In this document: positions 10,960 through 22,756 of the stretch, one piece after another
How positions within the stretch are numbered: the first letter of the stretch is position 1
Layout of the letters: each line of letters begins with the position of its first letter
Assembly (NCBI RefSeq): GCF_036321535.1
Contig: NC_087466.1
Span: 10,974,001 to 11,038,000 of the forward strand
Source of the DNA: Camelus dromedarius
Lineage: Eukaryota
DNA: 64,000 nt
Direction of reading: 5' to 3'
Made by a program: the position numbers and the translations under genes
Notes under the pieces: generated by a model
The model's database searches: none
Seen by the model: the letters and a program-made list of their open reading frames with translations, nothing else
Told to the model about the DNA's origin: nothing

Positions 10960-11150
10960 CGCATAGTGTATTAGATGGTGATGAGTGCCCCAGAGAAAAA
11001 GAAGCCATGGAAGTGTTCCAATATTATATAGGATGATCAAGGAATGACTCAGTCAGAAGTTGACACTTGAGTGGAGACCAGAGGAGGTGAAGAGCTGATA
11101 TCTGAGCGAAGAAACAGCCAATGCAAAGGCCCTGAGACAGCCAATGCCTG
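10960..11150 (-). mobile_element. L2 fragment
   Basis: GAAGTTGACACTTGAGTGGAGACC...GCAAAGGCCCTGAG. Confidence 0.65.
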
Positions 11151-11349
11151 CTCCCCAGAGTCCAGGGGAACGAATTCCTAAGTGGAGGTACCATTTCTTT
11201 TTTGCAAAGCAGGGGTAATATGGGGAGATTTGAAACCTAAAACCTGGTATGGGAATCTCCAGGGAAAAAGTTACTATGGATCAAATGTTCGCTCCGTGCC
11301 TGCGACTGGGCCAAGCGTTCCCCATGCATCGGCTCTCTGAGTCCCTATA

Positions 11350-11480
11350 ACACCCTTAAGAGACAGGCACTATAATTACCCTACTTTACAGATGGGAAGT
11401 TTGAGGCTTAGGCTGAAGGATGAAGTTGGCCAGAATGCAGCTAGTAAGAGGGGCCGGGCAGATTGGAAAGTCAGTCTGTC
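11350..11480 (-). mobile_element. MIR SINE
   Basis: TACTTTACAGATGGGAAGTTTGAGGCTTAG...CAGTCTGTCTGACTCCAAAG. Confidence 0.75.
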
Positions 11481-11599
11481 TGACTCCAAAGACTTTGCCA
11501 GAAGTGGCAAAGAGGCATGGACTGCTTTCCCGCCTCTGCTCTCTCTCTGCCTGGCTGTAAGGCCACTGGCGATGTGGGCCTCAGCTTCCCCATTTGCCC

Positions 11600-12360
11600 A
11601 AACAGCGTTACCTCAGGCTCCGGGTGGCGCTGGCTGGACTCAAATCAAACTGGAAGGCGAGGTGTGCGGGGCGGGGGCAGCCCCCTCGGAGAAGCAGAAG
11701 CCGGCGGATGGGCTTCTCCGCATGGCTTCCCCGCAGCTGCCCCTCCCCCACGGCCCTTCCGACGGCGCCNNNNNNNNNNNNNNNNNNNNNNNNNNNNNNN
11801 NNNNNNNNNNNNNNNNNNNNNNNNNNNNNNNNNNNNNNNNNNNNNNNNNNNNNNNNNNNNNNNNNNNNNNNNNNNNNNNNNNNNNNNNNNNNNNNNNNNN
11901 NNNNNNNNNNNNNNNNNNNNNNNNNNNNNNNNNNNNNNNNNNNNNNNNNNNNNNNNNNNNNNNNNNNNNNNNNNNNNNNNNNNNNNNNNNNNNNNNNNNN
12001 NNNNNNNNNNNNNNNNNNNNNNNNNNNNNGGGAGGGGGCAGGCCCTGAGGAGTGAAGGGGCTCAGGCAGGGGTGGGGGGAGGCCGAGACAATGAGGGGAA
12101 AAAATAATAAATACATCGGAGCGTGCCAGCCGCGGGGCTCCCGGCTAGAGAGGTGTGGGGGGCGGGGGGAGCTGCTCAGGGCTGGCCGAGCNNNNNNNNN
12201 NNNNNNNNNNNNNNNNNNNNNNNNNNNNNNNNNNNNNNNNNNNNNNNNNNNNNNNNNNNNNNNNNNNNNNNNNNNNNNNNNNNNNNNNNNNNNNNNNNNN
12301 NNNNNNNNNNNNNNNNNNNNNNNNNNNNNNNNNNNNNNNNNNNNNNNGGGGAAGGAGGAG
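11600..12360. promoter_or_regulatory. CpG island largely hidden by two assembly gaps (11770-12029, 12192-12347)
   Basis: Sequenced flanks are very GC- and CpG-rich (GCGGGGCGGGGG GC box, CCGACGGCGCC, CCGCGG). Confidence 0.65.
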
Positions 12361-12639
12361 GGGGGCCCTGAGTGAGCCCCCTCCACCCTCTTGGGGGTCA
12401 TTAAGTGATTAGAAAGAAGGAGCCAGTTCTCCAGCCGCCATTCAGATGAGGGGATGCATTTATCACGGGGCACTATTATTTATTGTTTTTTAAAAGGTTG
12501 CATTAGGCTCCCCCTGCTGTCTCCTGGCTCCCTTTGTGTGGTCAACTTCCTTCTGGGGCTGCCTCCTCTAGGATCCCCAAGGCAAGGTTCCCCCCACATC
12601 CACCCTGAGCCGGCTCCCCGTCCCCTCTCTGGGTGGCTG

Positions 12640-12950
12640 TCCACCCCACGACATGCCTGCCCCGCACCTCTCTCCATGGCCTGCTGTCTTGGAGGCCCCT
12701 CGCTGCCCTACCTCAGCCTTGTGTGCAGGACAGGAGACAAACATCACCACGAGGGCCCTGCCTCACCAGCCTGGCCCCAGCCCCCTGTCTTGATACAGGA
12801 TATCTGTCAACTTCTCCATCCTCTCCACCAGCACTGGAATTTCTTGAGGGCAGAGGCTATGGCTTGTACATGGCTCTGTCCCCAGCGCCCAGCAAAAGGC
12901 CTGGCACAGGGCAGGCACCTAGGGAAAGTGTGCTTGCAAGCACACCATGG
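12640..12950 (+). mobile_element. L2 3' fragment
   Basis: CACTGGAATTTCTTGAGGGCAGAGG...CCCCAGCGCCCAGCAAAAGGCCTGGCACAG. Confidence 0.65.
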
Positions 12951-13454
12951 GAGATCTCATTTGCTTCCTCTGGCAATCAGAAAACATTCGCCCCATTGGA
13001 TAGATGGGAAAACTGAGGGTCAGAGTCATTGTAGAGTTGCATGGACTGTGTGGGTGGAGCTGGCTCTCTGGAAGCTGGCTCTTGGCACTCATGAGAGAGA
13101 AAAAGCCATTTCTATCTGTCCAACCCTCTGATTCTAGAAAGCTCTTTGGTTTTGGAAAAAGAAATCTGTAGCCAGCCAAGACGGGAGGAATTACCCCATT
13201 TTCTTATCCAAGAGGGTGAAACAAAGTGACCGTTGACACATCCTAACTCGAGAATTTCCCTTTTCTGCTTAAAACCCAGCTCCCCACATGGCCCATGGGA
13301 CCGGCTGGCTGATGGCCTTGGCCCTGCAGACCTTACCTCCTTCACTCTCCCTTCTCTTTCTTCCTCCCAGCAGCAAGCTCTTCTAGCCCTGGGCCCTTCC
13401 TCAGGCTGCCCTCCTTGCCTGGAAAGCTCTCCTCACCTCTTCGTCCAGGTTATG

Positions 13455-13635
13455 TTTCCCAACTTTGCACGCTGGAATCACATAGAAACCTGGTCAGGTT
13501 TCTCAAGCTCACCAGCCCTTGAACCCGACTCCAGCCCAACTGAAGCAGAGTCTCTCGGGGGTGGCACCAGAGCGTGGATAATTTAAAAATCACTCTAGGT
13601 GATTCTGAAGCTGTGGGAGGGTTGAGAAGCTCTGA
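13455..13635 (+). mobile_element. MER5-type hAT fragment
   Basis: CTGGAATCACATAGAAACC...AAAATCACTCTAGGTGATTCTGAAG...GGTTGAGAAGCTCTG. Confidence 0.6.
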
Positions 13636-14469
13636 CCCAGCCAGTTCCTACTCTCATGTCTGATCTGAGCCCAAAGGCTACCTCCTGACCGCCGGGCAGG
13701 TCACCTTGCATTGTCTCCCGGCCTCTCTGGCCTCCTCTCCCCAGCTCTTTGCAATCACATGCTCATTGGCATGAGTATTTGATTTACACGTGCGTGCCCT
13801 CGACATTTGCCTGTGAAAGGGCAGGGGACCTGTCTGCTGGGCTCACAGCTGCAGCCTCAGTGCTGGGCACATCATGGGATATGGTAGGTGCCCATCAAGG
13901 TTTTGGTTAATGAAGGAGTAAACCTTGAAAGAATGCGTGGCATTGAACTGAGGCCTTGGAATAGAATTGAAAAGGGGCTTTTATGTGTTTCACTGATGCG
14001 CCCTTTTGCTGCTCAGAGGCTGGGATGTGGGTGGGGTGATGAGATGCCCAAATACTGCCTGGCTTCGATGTCCTTTCCAAGTGCATCTCCTGGCCTCCCC
14101 TGCCTCGCCTCTGTGCACCCTCCGCTCCGTGTACTCCCCTGCCTCCCCATCCCTCCGGCCAGTCCCCGTCATCATTCGTACCTCCAAGCTTTTGCCCCCT
14201 GCCACTCCCCTCCCCAGAGTGCCCTCTCCAGTTCTCTCTGCCAGGCAGTGGGGCTGGGGGCCACCCCCTGTGCCCAGTAAAGACCCTTCCATGTCGTAGG
14301 TGTTCAATGCCTTTCTGCTGAATAAATAACTAGGAATTGGGTCTGGATCTTGGGGAAGGAATGGGTAGGGGTGTGTGCAGTTTGAAAATGCACATTCAAT
14401 ATTGTAATGTAATTTTCTATTTGCGAAGCAAAGGAGAAAAAGCCTCAGCAGCACATTGGAAAAATTAAA

Positions 14470-14780
14470 ATCACTGACACCGGTGTCAAACTGCATGGGT
14501 TCGAATCCCAGTTCTGTTTACGTGCTGTGTTACCACAGGCGAGTTAATCTCTCTGTGCCTCAGGGTTTCTCCTCCTCAAACTGTGGCAACTGCCTTACAG
14601 GGTTATTATGATTATATAATAGCACAGATATCATATACAATATCTAACACTAATATATATATATTCTATATACAATGCATTGCAATTATTATATAATCAT
14701 TGTGAAATGAGTTACTATGGATAAAGCTCTTGGAATAGTGCCTGGCATACATGAGTGTGCAATAAATATTATCTGCATTT
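14470..14780 (+). mobile_element. MIR SINE with an internal AT-rich insertion of about 80 bp
   Basis: GGGTTCGAATCCCAG...CTCTCTGTGCCTCAG...AATAGTGCCTGGCATA...AATAAATATT. Confidence 0.85.
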
Positions 14781-14963
14781 TTTATCATTTGTAATGTAAA
14801 CTCATGCTCAGTGTCATCTTCAGAGCGTCCAGGGAGGATACCTGCCTTTTATGACTCAGAGATCCTCACGCCTGGGCGGGGCATCTGAGTTGGCGGGATG
14901 GTGGGGAAGATGGGGACTTGATCCTGATTCTTCTTTTAGGTTTTTCAAAAGGGCTATGGATGA

Positions 14964-15129
14964 TAGCAAGGTCCTACGTGTATAGAGCACAGGGACCTAT
15001 GCTCAGTACCTTGTAATAGCCTATAATGAAAAAGAATATGAAAACGAATATATATATATGTGTAACTGAATCACTGGGCTGTACAGCAGAAATTAACACA
15101 ACATTGTAAACTGACTAAACTTCAATGAA
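14964..15129 (+). mobile_element. 5'-truncated young L1 3' end with 17-bp TSD
   Basis: CAAGGTCCTACGTGTATAGAGCACAGGGAC...CTGTACAGCAGAAATTAACACAACATTGTAAACTGACTAAACTTCAA; TSD AAAAGGGCTATGGATGA (14947-14963) / AAAAGGACTATGGATGA (15130-15146). Confidence 0.9.
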
Positions 15130-15649
15130 AAAAGGACTATGGATGAAAGAAGGGCTTCATCACAGCCCCTCTTTGAGAATCTGGGCTCCATCCCACCCCA
15201 GGCTGCTCCCCTGACCTCCTGGCCAGCTTAGGTCGGGGTAGAGGGGCAAGGGTGAACCAGGGCCTGAGGAAGTGGTCACCTTTCTTCGGGGAAAATGAAA
15301 AGAGCCGGGACAAAGGCAGGAGCTTTGCACAAAGCTAAACGTATGCAGTACAAAGCATGGTCCCTCATTCTGAGATCACGTCCTTCCTACTTTTTTTTTT
15401 TTTTTTGGTGCCAAAATGTCTTTTCTGTTATAAAATTATGATAATGAGAGCCAGTAGGGTCTTTTTTTTTTTTTTTTGGACCATTTTCAATCTAGGCGAG
15501 ATGAAGGTTTGACAACCTTACAAGGGTCCCCTTTTTCTTTTTTTTTTCTAATGGGGTGGGGGGAGAATTTACTCATCTGTAAAATCCAAGTGACTCAATG
15601 GTAACATGACTCATTTATTCAAGGTAATCCATATTTCCTCACAACAGTC

Positions 15650-16260
15650 AGAGTGATCTTATAAACACAGGGATCAGAGCATAACATTACCCTGCCCAAA
15701 GCTTTCCTATCTCTTTTAAACTAAAAGCCAGTTTTTGATACTGATTGTAACCCTACGTTATCTTTTCTTCCTCCTTAACGGAGACACTGGGGCTTGAACC
15801 CAGGACTTCATGCAAGCCAAGAGTGCACTCCACCACTGTGCTATACCCCGCCCACTCATCTTCCCCTGGTTCTGACTACGCTGCCCTCTGTTGCTGTTCA
15901 AACACACCAAGTACATTCCTACCTCAGGGCCTTTGCACTTGCTGTTCGTCCTTCTGCCTGGGATGCCCTTCCCTCAGGAAGCTTCGTGACTCCTCCCTTT
16001 ACTTCATTCAGGGCTCAGCTTGAACATCTCCTCAGAGAGGAGATCCCTCTGACTGCTCTATGGAAAAGAGTCCATCTACCTGATTGCTTCTGATCACATA
16101 ACCCTATTTATTTCCTCCCGCCACCTAGAATTTTCTATAATCTGTCTCCCATGAAAATGACAGCTGCCTGTCTAGTTGACCTTGTTTGGTCTTGTTGGGC
16201 TTCTGAGCATCCAGAGCTCACAGCACTGGGTTGAGTATACAACAGGTCCTCAGGACTTGG
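15650..16260 (+). mobile_element. L2 3' region interrupted by a SINE
   Basis: CCTACCTCAGGGCCTTTGCACTTGCTGTTCGTCCTTCTGCCTGGGATGCCCTTCCC. Confidence 0.85.
15775..15853 (-). mobile_element. tRNA-Ala-derived SINE (Vic-1-like), more diverged, short tail
   Basis: GGGGCTTGAACCCAGGACTTCATGCAAGCCAAGAGTGCACTCCACCACTGTGCTATACCCC. Confidence 0.8.
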
Positions 16261-17164
16261 TTTATTGATAGATTCCTACCGGGAGACATGGCTGGAAAGT
16301 CCCAGACTGGCTTAACCAAGGGTCCCGTCTCTGAAATGACTCCAGGCGGGAGGCAGAAAGGAGGAATAGGGTGGTGTGTCCAACTCAAATGCACCCCATC
16401 TTGCATTGTCAGACATAGATGAGCACTTTCTCTGTGCCTGCCCCTGGGCAGGCACCAGGGTATCCTTGTGAACAAGGCAAGTGGGCAGTTGGAGCAGGAT
16501 GGAGGGCTTGGTGGGCTGGTCTTAAGCGCCTTTGCTCTCAGAGCCATTCCCTGCCCTCCCCCTGCGCGATCCTGTGCCACAGGGGAGTTGATGCCTCTGG
16601 GCTCCTGGTCAGCTGGGTTTGGCCAATGGGAGGCACCGTCAGGGGACTGGAGGGTGGGAGGAAGGGAGAAGTCAGGGTGTTTCTCCCTCTCTCTTCTCTG
16701 GTAGCAGTTGCATCTCCTCCGTGGCTCCAGCTCCTTCCGGAGAGCCCCCAGCGGTGGCTCTGGTTTCTCCTGGGGATCCCCAGGGCCTGGGCTCCAGTGC
16801 TACCACTCCCCTCCTCTGTCCTTCCTGATTAGGAGGGAGGCAGCTTCCTGCTCCTGCTAATCTCCGGTGTCTCGTCCCTGTCTCCCGTGGGCTCTCAGCT
16901 TCCTCATCACCAGAGTAACCGATTTCCTGCGTCATTCCCTCTGCTGTGAACCCTGCAAGTGGCTTTGATGACCCTGATGGATACACACGGAGTGTGGGCT
17001 GTGGGCACCCTGGGGAGGGGATCCCCCATTCCTGGTGGGAACCTGCAGCAGCCTCACAGAGGGACTTGTACGCACGTTGGGGGCTGCTGAACCTTCGCTG
17101 TCAAGGATTCCAATTTGGATCTTTCCTGAGCTCGGCCCCATCACAGCATTAGCAATCCTTTCGG

Positions 17165-17378
17165 TCAGCATTGCTCTGCCTTGACACTGTGGATACTTCT
17201 TTGTTTGGGGGTCGGGGGGTATCCTGTGCAGTGTGGGATGTTTAGCAGCATCTCTGGTCTCCACCCACTAGGTATGCCTGCATCCCCCACCTCCTAGCTG
17301 CAACAGCCCCAAAATGTCTCCACTCATTGCCACATGTCCCCTGTGGGCCACATTGTCCCAGCTGAGAATCCCTGATAT
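17165..17378 (-). mobile_element. MER20 hAT DNA transposon
   Basis: GATGTTTAGCAGCATCTCTGGTCTCCACCCACTAG...CCAAAATGTCTCCACTCATTGCCACATGTCCCC. Confidence 0.9.
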
Positions 17379-17394
17379 CTATGTAAAACCTCTA

Positions 17395-17582
17395 GCCCAG
17401 TGGGTCTCAATCCTGACCATCCCCAAGAATCACCCCAAAAGGGCGACTTTAAACTTAAACGATGGCCAAGCCCCAGCCCGGACTGATTGAATCAGAACAT
17501 CTGGGGAGGACCCCTGGCCATTAGGGTGTTTTGAAATTTCCAGGGTGACTCTGATGCACAGTCAAGGTTGAGAGCCACCGGG
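17395..17582 (+). mobile_element. MER5A/B hAT element
   Basis: CAGTGGGTCTCAATCCTG...GACTGATTGAATCAGAACATCTGGGG...GGTGACTCTGATGCACAGTCAAGGTTGAGAGCCAC. Confidence 0.85.
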
Positions 17583-18338
17583 CTCACCCAGCGAGATGCC
17601 ACTTCTCCCTCAATTATTTCCCGATTCATTGAGAAGGAAACTGAGGCTCAGACAGCCCAAGTGTTGTGATGCAAGTCTCCCACCAGGTGATGGGAGCAGC
17701 ACAAACCAGGTATTGTGGAAAAGCCTTTGTTAAACCAAACAACAAATCTAAAGAGAAATTATCCACATCCTCCCAACAGATGCACGCGTGGACTCACACC
17801 AAACCAAATGGCAACCCCTGCTTGGCACGTGGTGCCAGCCCCTTCTTAACACAGATGACAGAGGACCCCCCCCCCCCACCAGGGGTGCTTTCTTTCCCTC
17901 GGCGAGGTCTGCATTTCCCAAACCCATTTCATGCTCCGGAACAGCATCTGTGTCCTGCTTTCTCTCCCGGGACAGTCGCTGAGTGCCAGTGGACGGGAGG
18001 TGTCGCCAGCCCACACGTCTGTGATGCTGATGGCACTGGGATGGCTGCGGATCCCCCACCTCCTCAGGTCCTGTCATCAGCCAGCCAGACACATCTGGGC
18101 GGGGACCCCCATACAGCGTCCCCTCTCAGTGGGTTGAAGGCAGAGCTTCTTCTCGGAGCTGCGTGTTTCCTAGCTGAGGTCAGATGCTCCTGTTTCTTGG
18201 CATTGAGCGTTTTCATTTTCTCAGGGCACAGAAGTTCTGCCCCGTTAACCTGAACCAGTTAAGAAGGTTATTTTTGCTTCTCGACACGGTTTCTCGGCAC
18301 TCCCTTCTTCTGAAAGTCATCCTGAGTCATCCTTAGGT

Positions 18339-18530
18339 CAAGATTCAGCAAACTCTGGCCCCTGGGCTAACCACCTGTTTTTGTCAATAGAGTTTGATTG
18401 GCACGCAGCCACGCCCCTCGGGTTATGTGCTGCGCAGGACTGCTTTTGAGCGACAGCAGGAGAGCTGAGTAGTTGCAAAGCCCCAGATATTTATGACCCG
18501 TTCCTTAACAGGAAAGCTTTACAGACAGTG
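18339..18530 (+). mobile_element. MER58A hAT element
   Basis: CAGCAAACTCTGGCCC...CTGTTTTTGTCAATAGAGTTTGATTGGCACGCAGCCACGCCC...GCTGAGTAGTTGC. Confidence 0.8.
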
Positions 18531-18699
18531 TTTTAAGATGGTGACTTGTGGGTGCAGAGGAGATTTTGATCTGGGAATCCTGGGTCGTGGTCCCAGTCCA
18601 CCAGCTCGCTGGGAAGCCTCGGCTGGTCATGCTTACTCTCCGAGCCTCAGTTTGCCTGTTTCTGAATGAAGATTATTTATTCTCATTGGCTTCATCTCC

Positions 18700-19350
18700 A
18701 ACTTGTATCCCACATCGAACATTCCTCTCCATCCCCACTGCCCTGGTCTGAGCGGCGGTCTTCCCTCCCCTGTACTAAGAGCATCAGCCTTCTCACTGGC
18801 CTCCTGGCTCCTGCCCCTGGTCCTGCACATGCTGCCAGAGGGATCTTTGGAAGTGACCAGTCAGATCGCATCACTCCCAGCTCAGACCCTCCACATCCTA
18901 CCTTCTTCCCGTGACTTCTAAGGCCTCACTTGTTGACTCCCTGCTGTCTTCCTGCCTGTACCTCCTATCACACCCCTTTGCTCACTATGTGCCAGCCACC
19001 CTGGTCCTTGGGCTGTCCCTCAAATCCACAAGCTCATTCCTACCCCAGGGCCTTTGCACTTGCTCTTTCCCCATCCATATGACTTGTACCCTCATTTCAT
19101 ACAGATCTCTGCTCACATGTTACCTGCCTCCTTGGAAAGACCTTTCCCAATCACCTTCTAAAATACATTATTTGGTTATTTATTTGATTACTGCCTGTCT
19201 CCCCCAACCAGACTGTAAACTCCATGAGAGCAAGGACAGTGTTGGTCTAGGAAGGTCATCATTAAATCCTCAGGATGGAGAATAGTGCCCGAGTCTGTAT
19301 GTGCTCAAGAAATACTGTGGGAATGAATAAATGAATGAATGAATACTTAT
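18700..19350 (+). mobile_element. L2 3' end
   Basis: CAGGGCCTTTGCACTTGCT...CAGACTGTAAACTCCATGAGAGCAAGGAC...GAATGAATAAATGAATGAATGAAT. Confidence 0.9.
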
Positions 19351-21364
19351 CATGCAAGGGTTGTCAGGAAGACGTAGATAAACAGGTGTTCCCTGGAAGG
19401 TAATTCTTATTAGTAATAGTTGTCAGAGAGTCACAAAGCTTGTCCAGCCCACTGTTGCATCTCTTTGGGTGGCCCCCTCCCGCCTTGTCCCCTCATCTAC
19501 AGAAAGAGAAGGTCTGGGGGATCCTGAGGTCCTCCTTTGCCTTCCTCTCTCTTCAGAGCTCCGCTTCCCGGAGGCATCACGTGGAGGGTCTTCCATCCAT
19601 CCTCCTCTCCCTGTCAGGTGTTTTGCTCATCTTGGGTCCTAATTGAGACGGCAAATTCCAGGCACAGGGCTTGCAGCCAACTCTGCCAGCCTCCCCTGCC
19701 AAGAGTAGGAGAAAGACAACAAAAACTGCAGCAACGTGGCGAGCGAACCCTTCTATCCAGCAGGAAAGGAGCCTCCCCGCTGGCCTGCTCGGCCCACCCC
19801 ACGGCCATGAGAGCCCAGGCTGGCCGGAGGCGTGAGTCCCAGCCTCCTCTCCGCTCCCAGCCAAGAAGCACCCTACGTCCCTTTGCCGCCCCCACTGCCA
19901 CCGCACCAAGCGAAGGGGGCAGTTTTCTGCTAAATGGAGACCAGGTGGTTCCTAAGGCAGTTAGAGCCCCCTGAGCTGGCGGTGGGCGTTGAAATGTGGG
20001 AGTGCCCACTCCCTGTTCTCTCTTCCCTGGCTTTATCTGTTTGCTTTGGATTAGGAAGACTTGTGCAAAACTGAGCCCTTGTTTGCATCCTATTTCCACT
20101 CCCCCAAGGCTGGGAAAGACCTGACCCTTGTGGACGCCATCCCTCGTGAGCTGGAGGCAGCCCCCAAACCGAGCAGCTCATTTGTAAAATGGGGGAACGA
20201 ATTCCTGCCTCACGCGGCGGCTGTGAGCACATTTTGTAAAGGTTACTTCTTGTTCGTGTGTATTTGAGTCACTTCTGCAACAAAGATTCTGGGCAGAAGG
20301 AACAGTAGCGGCAGAGGTGATTATGTGTCTGAAATGGGAAGCTTATAGTGTGTTTGAAGTTGGGGGATGCGGCCCAAACCCATGGATTCTGGGGTGCATC
20401 TGGGAAGAAATGAAAGGTTAAGGAGGATGAGACCTTTTGTAAGAATTGAGGGGGATTTGCTTCGATGGCTCATGTAGCAGGGGTGGTGGCCTGGGAGCAG
20501 GACCTCCAGAGAATTTGACACCCACTCCCTGCCTCTCTCCTCAGTCTCATTGAGGGAAAGGGGGCTATCGGGACACAGAAATTTTAGCGCAAACTAGGTC
20601 TCTGGGTTCGAGTCCCAGCCCTGCCACTCGGCAGCCGTACATCCCCAAGCAAGTTACTTAACCCACACCCTAGCTAGTCCTTGGTTGACTATTCAGATCC
20701 CACCCCGTTTGGGAAAACCACAGCTGCTTCTCAACCTCTACAGCAGGCGGGTCTCACTCATTCCAAGACCCAGACGTAGCGACTGATCGAAGTCAGGGCT
20801 AGAATGTCCCCAGAAAGGCATGGCCCCTGGGTGGGACGTGACCCCTAGGGCTCCAGGAGGGGGTTTTCACTGCGGTGTGACAGAATCTCATGGTGAGAAA
20901 GTGATTTCCTTTCCCATCCTCTTCAGCCCTTTTGACTCCGTCAAGGTGAGGGTCTCAGTGAGGTACTGCTTGGTCTTTACCACCAGCCAGCACTGGCTCA
21001 TCCCCTGTTTAGCAAGACAGAGCAGGGCCAGACACAGCTCCTCCAGCAGATAACAGAAACTGGCTAGACTTTAGCAATAATGTTTCCTTCTTGTGGTATC
21101 TGTTTGTCCGGTTAGCTTCTGATTAGAACACTTAAGCCATTCCCTGTTTAAGGTCAGGATGAGAAGTTTTCTCCTAAAATAACATTAGGTAAAAACAGAA
21201 TCGATTAAAATAAACGTATTAAGTAAATTATGTTAAGAGTTCTACTCATGTCTGATAAGAATTGTTACCAATCTCAAAACGATAAATGGCTAAAATTTGC
21301 ATAGCACCCACTCTGTGCTGGGCATGTTTCTAGGGTTTCAGATACCTAAAACTGAGGACTTTCC

Positions 21365-21525
21365 GATGACCCTATGAGGTAAGTAGAATGATTAGCCCAT
21401 TTAACAGATGAGGAAACTGAGGCTCAGAGAGGTTAAGCAACTTGCCCCAAATCTCACAGCTAGCAAATGGCCAAGGCAGGGCTTGAACCCAGGGAGTCTG
21501 GCTCTTAGGGACTGTGCTCGCCACC
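21365..21525 (-). mobile_element. MIR SINE
   Basis: CCCATTTAACAGATGAGGAAACTGAGGCTCAGAGAGGTTAAGCAACTTGCCC. Confidence 0.92.
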
Positions 21526-21989
21526 ACTAGGCTGACATCCCAGAAGAGGAAGAGGTGACACTCAGAGGTAGTATATGTTCTATGCGTTCCCTGCCCCATG
21601 GCCACACTTGGACTGTTTCCCTAATTGGTCTGATCCAGAATCTTAGCAATTCAGGAAGTAAAATGGTCCATGAAGCTGTGAACACAGGTCTGAGCTGGGT
21701 CTAGTGACATCCCATATCCTCCCTCCGTGGGATTCGGGCATCCACTGATTTGTGCTCCTGGGCCTTCCATTCTGCCTTGGCTCTTTCCTTCTGCTGACCC
21801 TCAGGTCCGGCAAACTTTTCCCGGGACCCCCTCACCCTGGAAACCCTGCTCCCAACCGGCCTGCCCTTCATGCAGCCCTCCACGGAGCAGGGTCCCAGGA
21901 CGGCGGGCCAGGCTCGTGATGCCCCTCTGCCTGCCTGCACAGGAGCCTGGCCTCTTTGTCTCTCTACCCTTGGGACAAATGTCTCATTC

Positions 21990-22330
21990 CCCAGGGTGTC
22001 AAGGGGAAAATTAATCACCCGGGGGAGATCAGTCAGCCTGCTGACTTGGCAGGGGAAAGACAAAGAGAAATAGGGTGTCTCACGGATTGGTTGGGTCCCC
22101 CATTAAGGGGTGGAAAAATGCTTGCTTTGCGATTACAAATGGGCAACGTTGGCGCGGGTGAGTCCCGTCCCCGTCACCTCGGGAAATCGCTGCTAATGCG
22201 CTTCTGGAGAAGGTGGCTGTCTCCTCTCCCGGTCGCTCGGGGCTGTCCTCCTCCAGGTCAGATCAAACCCCAGCCCCTCTGCCTGCCTTCAGGGCCGGCG
22301 CCTGCTTTCTCTCCCCAGCTGGGCAGCCCG
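21990..22330. promoter_or_regulatory. Candidate enhancer (repeat-free, CpG-retaining, homeodomain motifs)
   Basis: AATTAATCA 22009, CATTAA 22101, GCGATTAC 22129, GCTAATGCG 22192; many CpGs. Confidence 0.4.
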
Positions 22331-22384
22331 CCCTGTCACTCAGAAGTCAGGTCCCGTCCCTTTGGCGTGTATCACTGGTACCTT

Positions 22385-22648
22385 CAAAAACACAAACTGG
22401 TGGTTCCCAGTGCGGAGAGGAAGGGGGGAGGGGCAACACAGGGGCAGGGGATGAGGAGGGACAAACTACTGTGCATAAAATAAATAAGCTACAAGGATGT
22501 ATTGTACAGCACAGGGGATATACACAATATTTTATAATAACCGTACATGGAATATAACCTTTAAACATTGTGAATCACTCTGTTGTACACCCGAAACTTA
22601 TATAATACTGTACAGTAACTACACTGCAATTAAAAAAGAAAAAAAAAC
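22385..22648 (+). mobile_element. Cetartiodactyl-type L1 3' end with poly(A)
   Basis: ATAAAATAAATAAGCTACAAGGATGTATTGTACAGCACAGGGG...TGTTGTACACCCGAAACTTATATAATACTGTAC. Confidence 0.9.
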
Positions 22649-22650
22649 AA

Positions 22651-22756
22651 GGCGTGCTTAGCATGCACAAGGTCCTGGGCATTGACCCCAGAACCTCCTC
22701 TAAAAATAAATAAATAAACCTAATTACCTCCCCCGGCAAAAAAAAAAAAAAAAAAG
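22651..22756 (+). mobile_element. 5'-truncated tRNA-Ala-derived SINE at the L1 poly(A) tail
   Basis: GGCGTGCTTAGCATGCACAAGGTCCTGGG...AAATAAATAAATAAACCTAATTACCTCCCCC followed by poly(A). Confidence 0.85.

Noticed and set aside
11392-12473. Long ORFs spanning the CpG island
   Set aside because: They stay open only because N runs contain no stop codons; the flanks are MIR or GC-rich sequence. A hidden exon inside the gaps cannot be excluded
17870-17892. CTCF-like CCACCAGGGGTGC
   Set aside because: An isolated partial match next to a poly-C run; not enough to call without a PWM score or ChIP data
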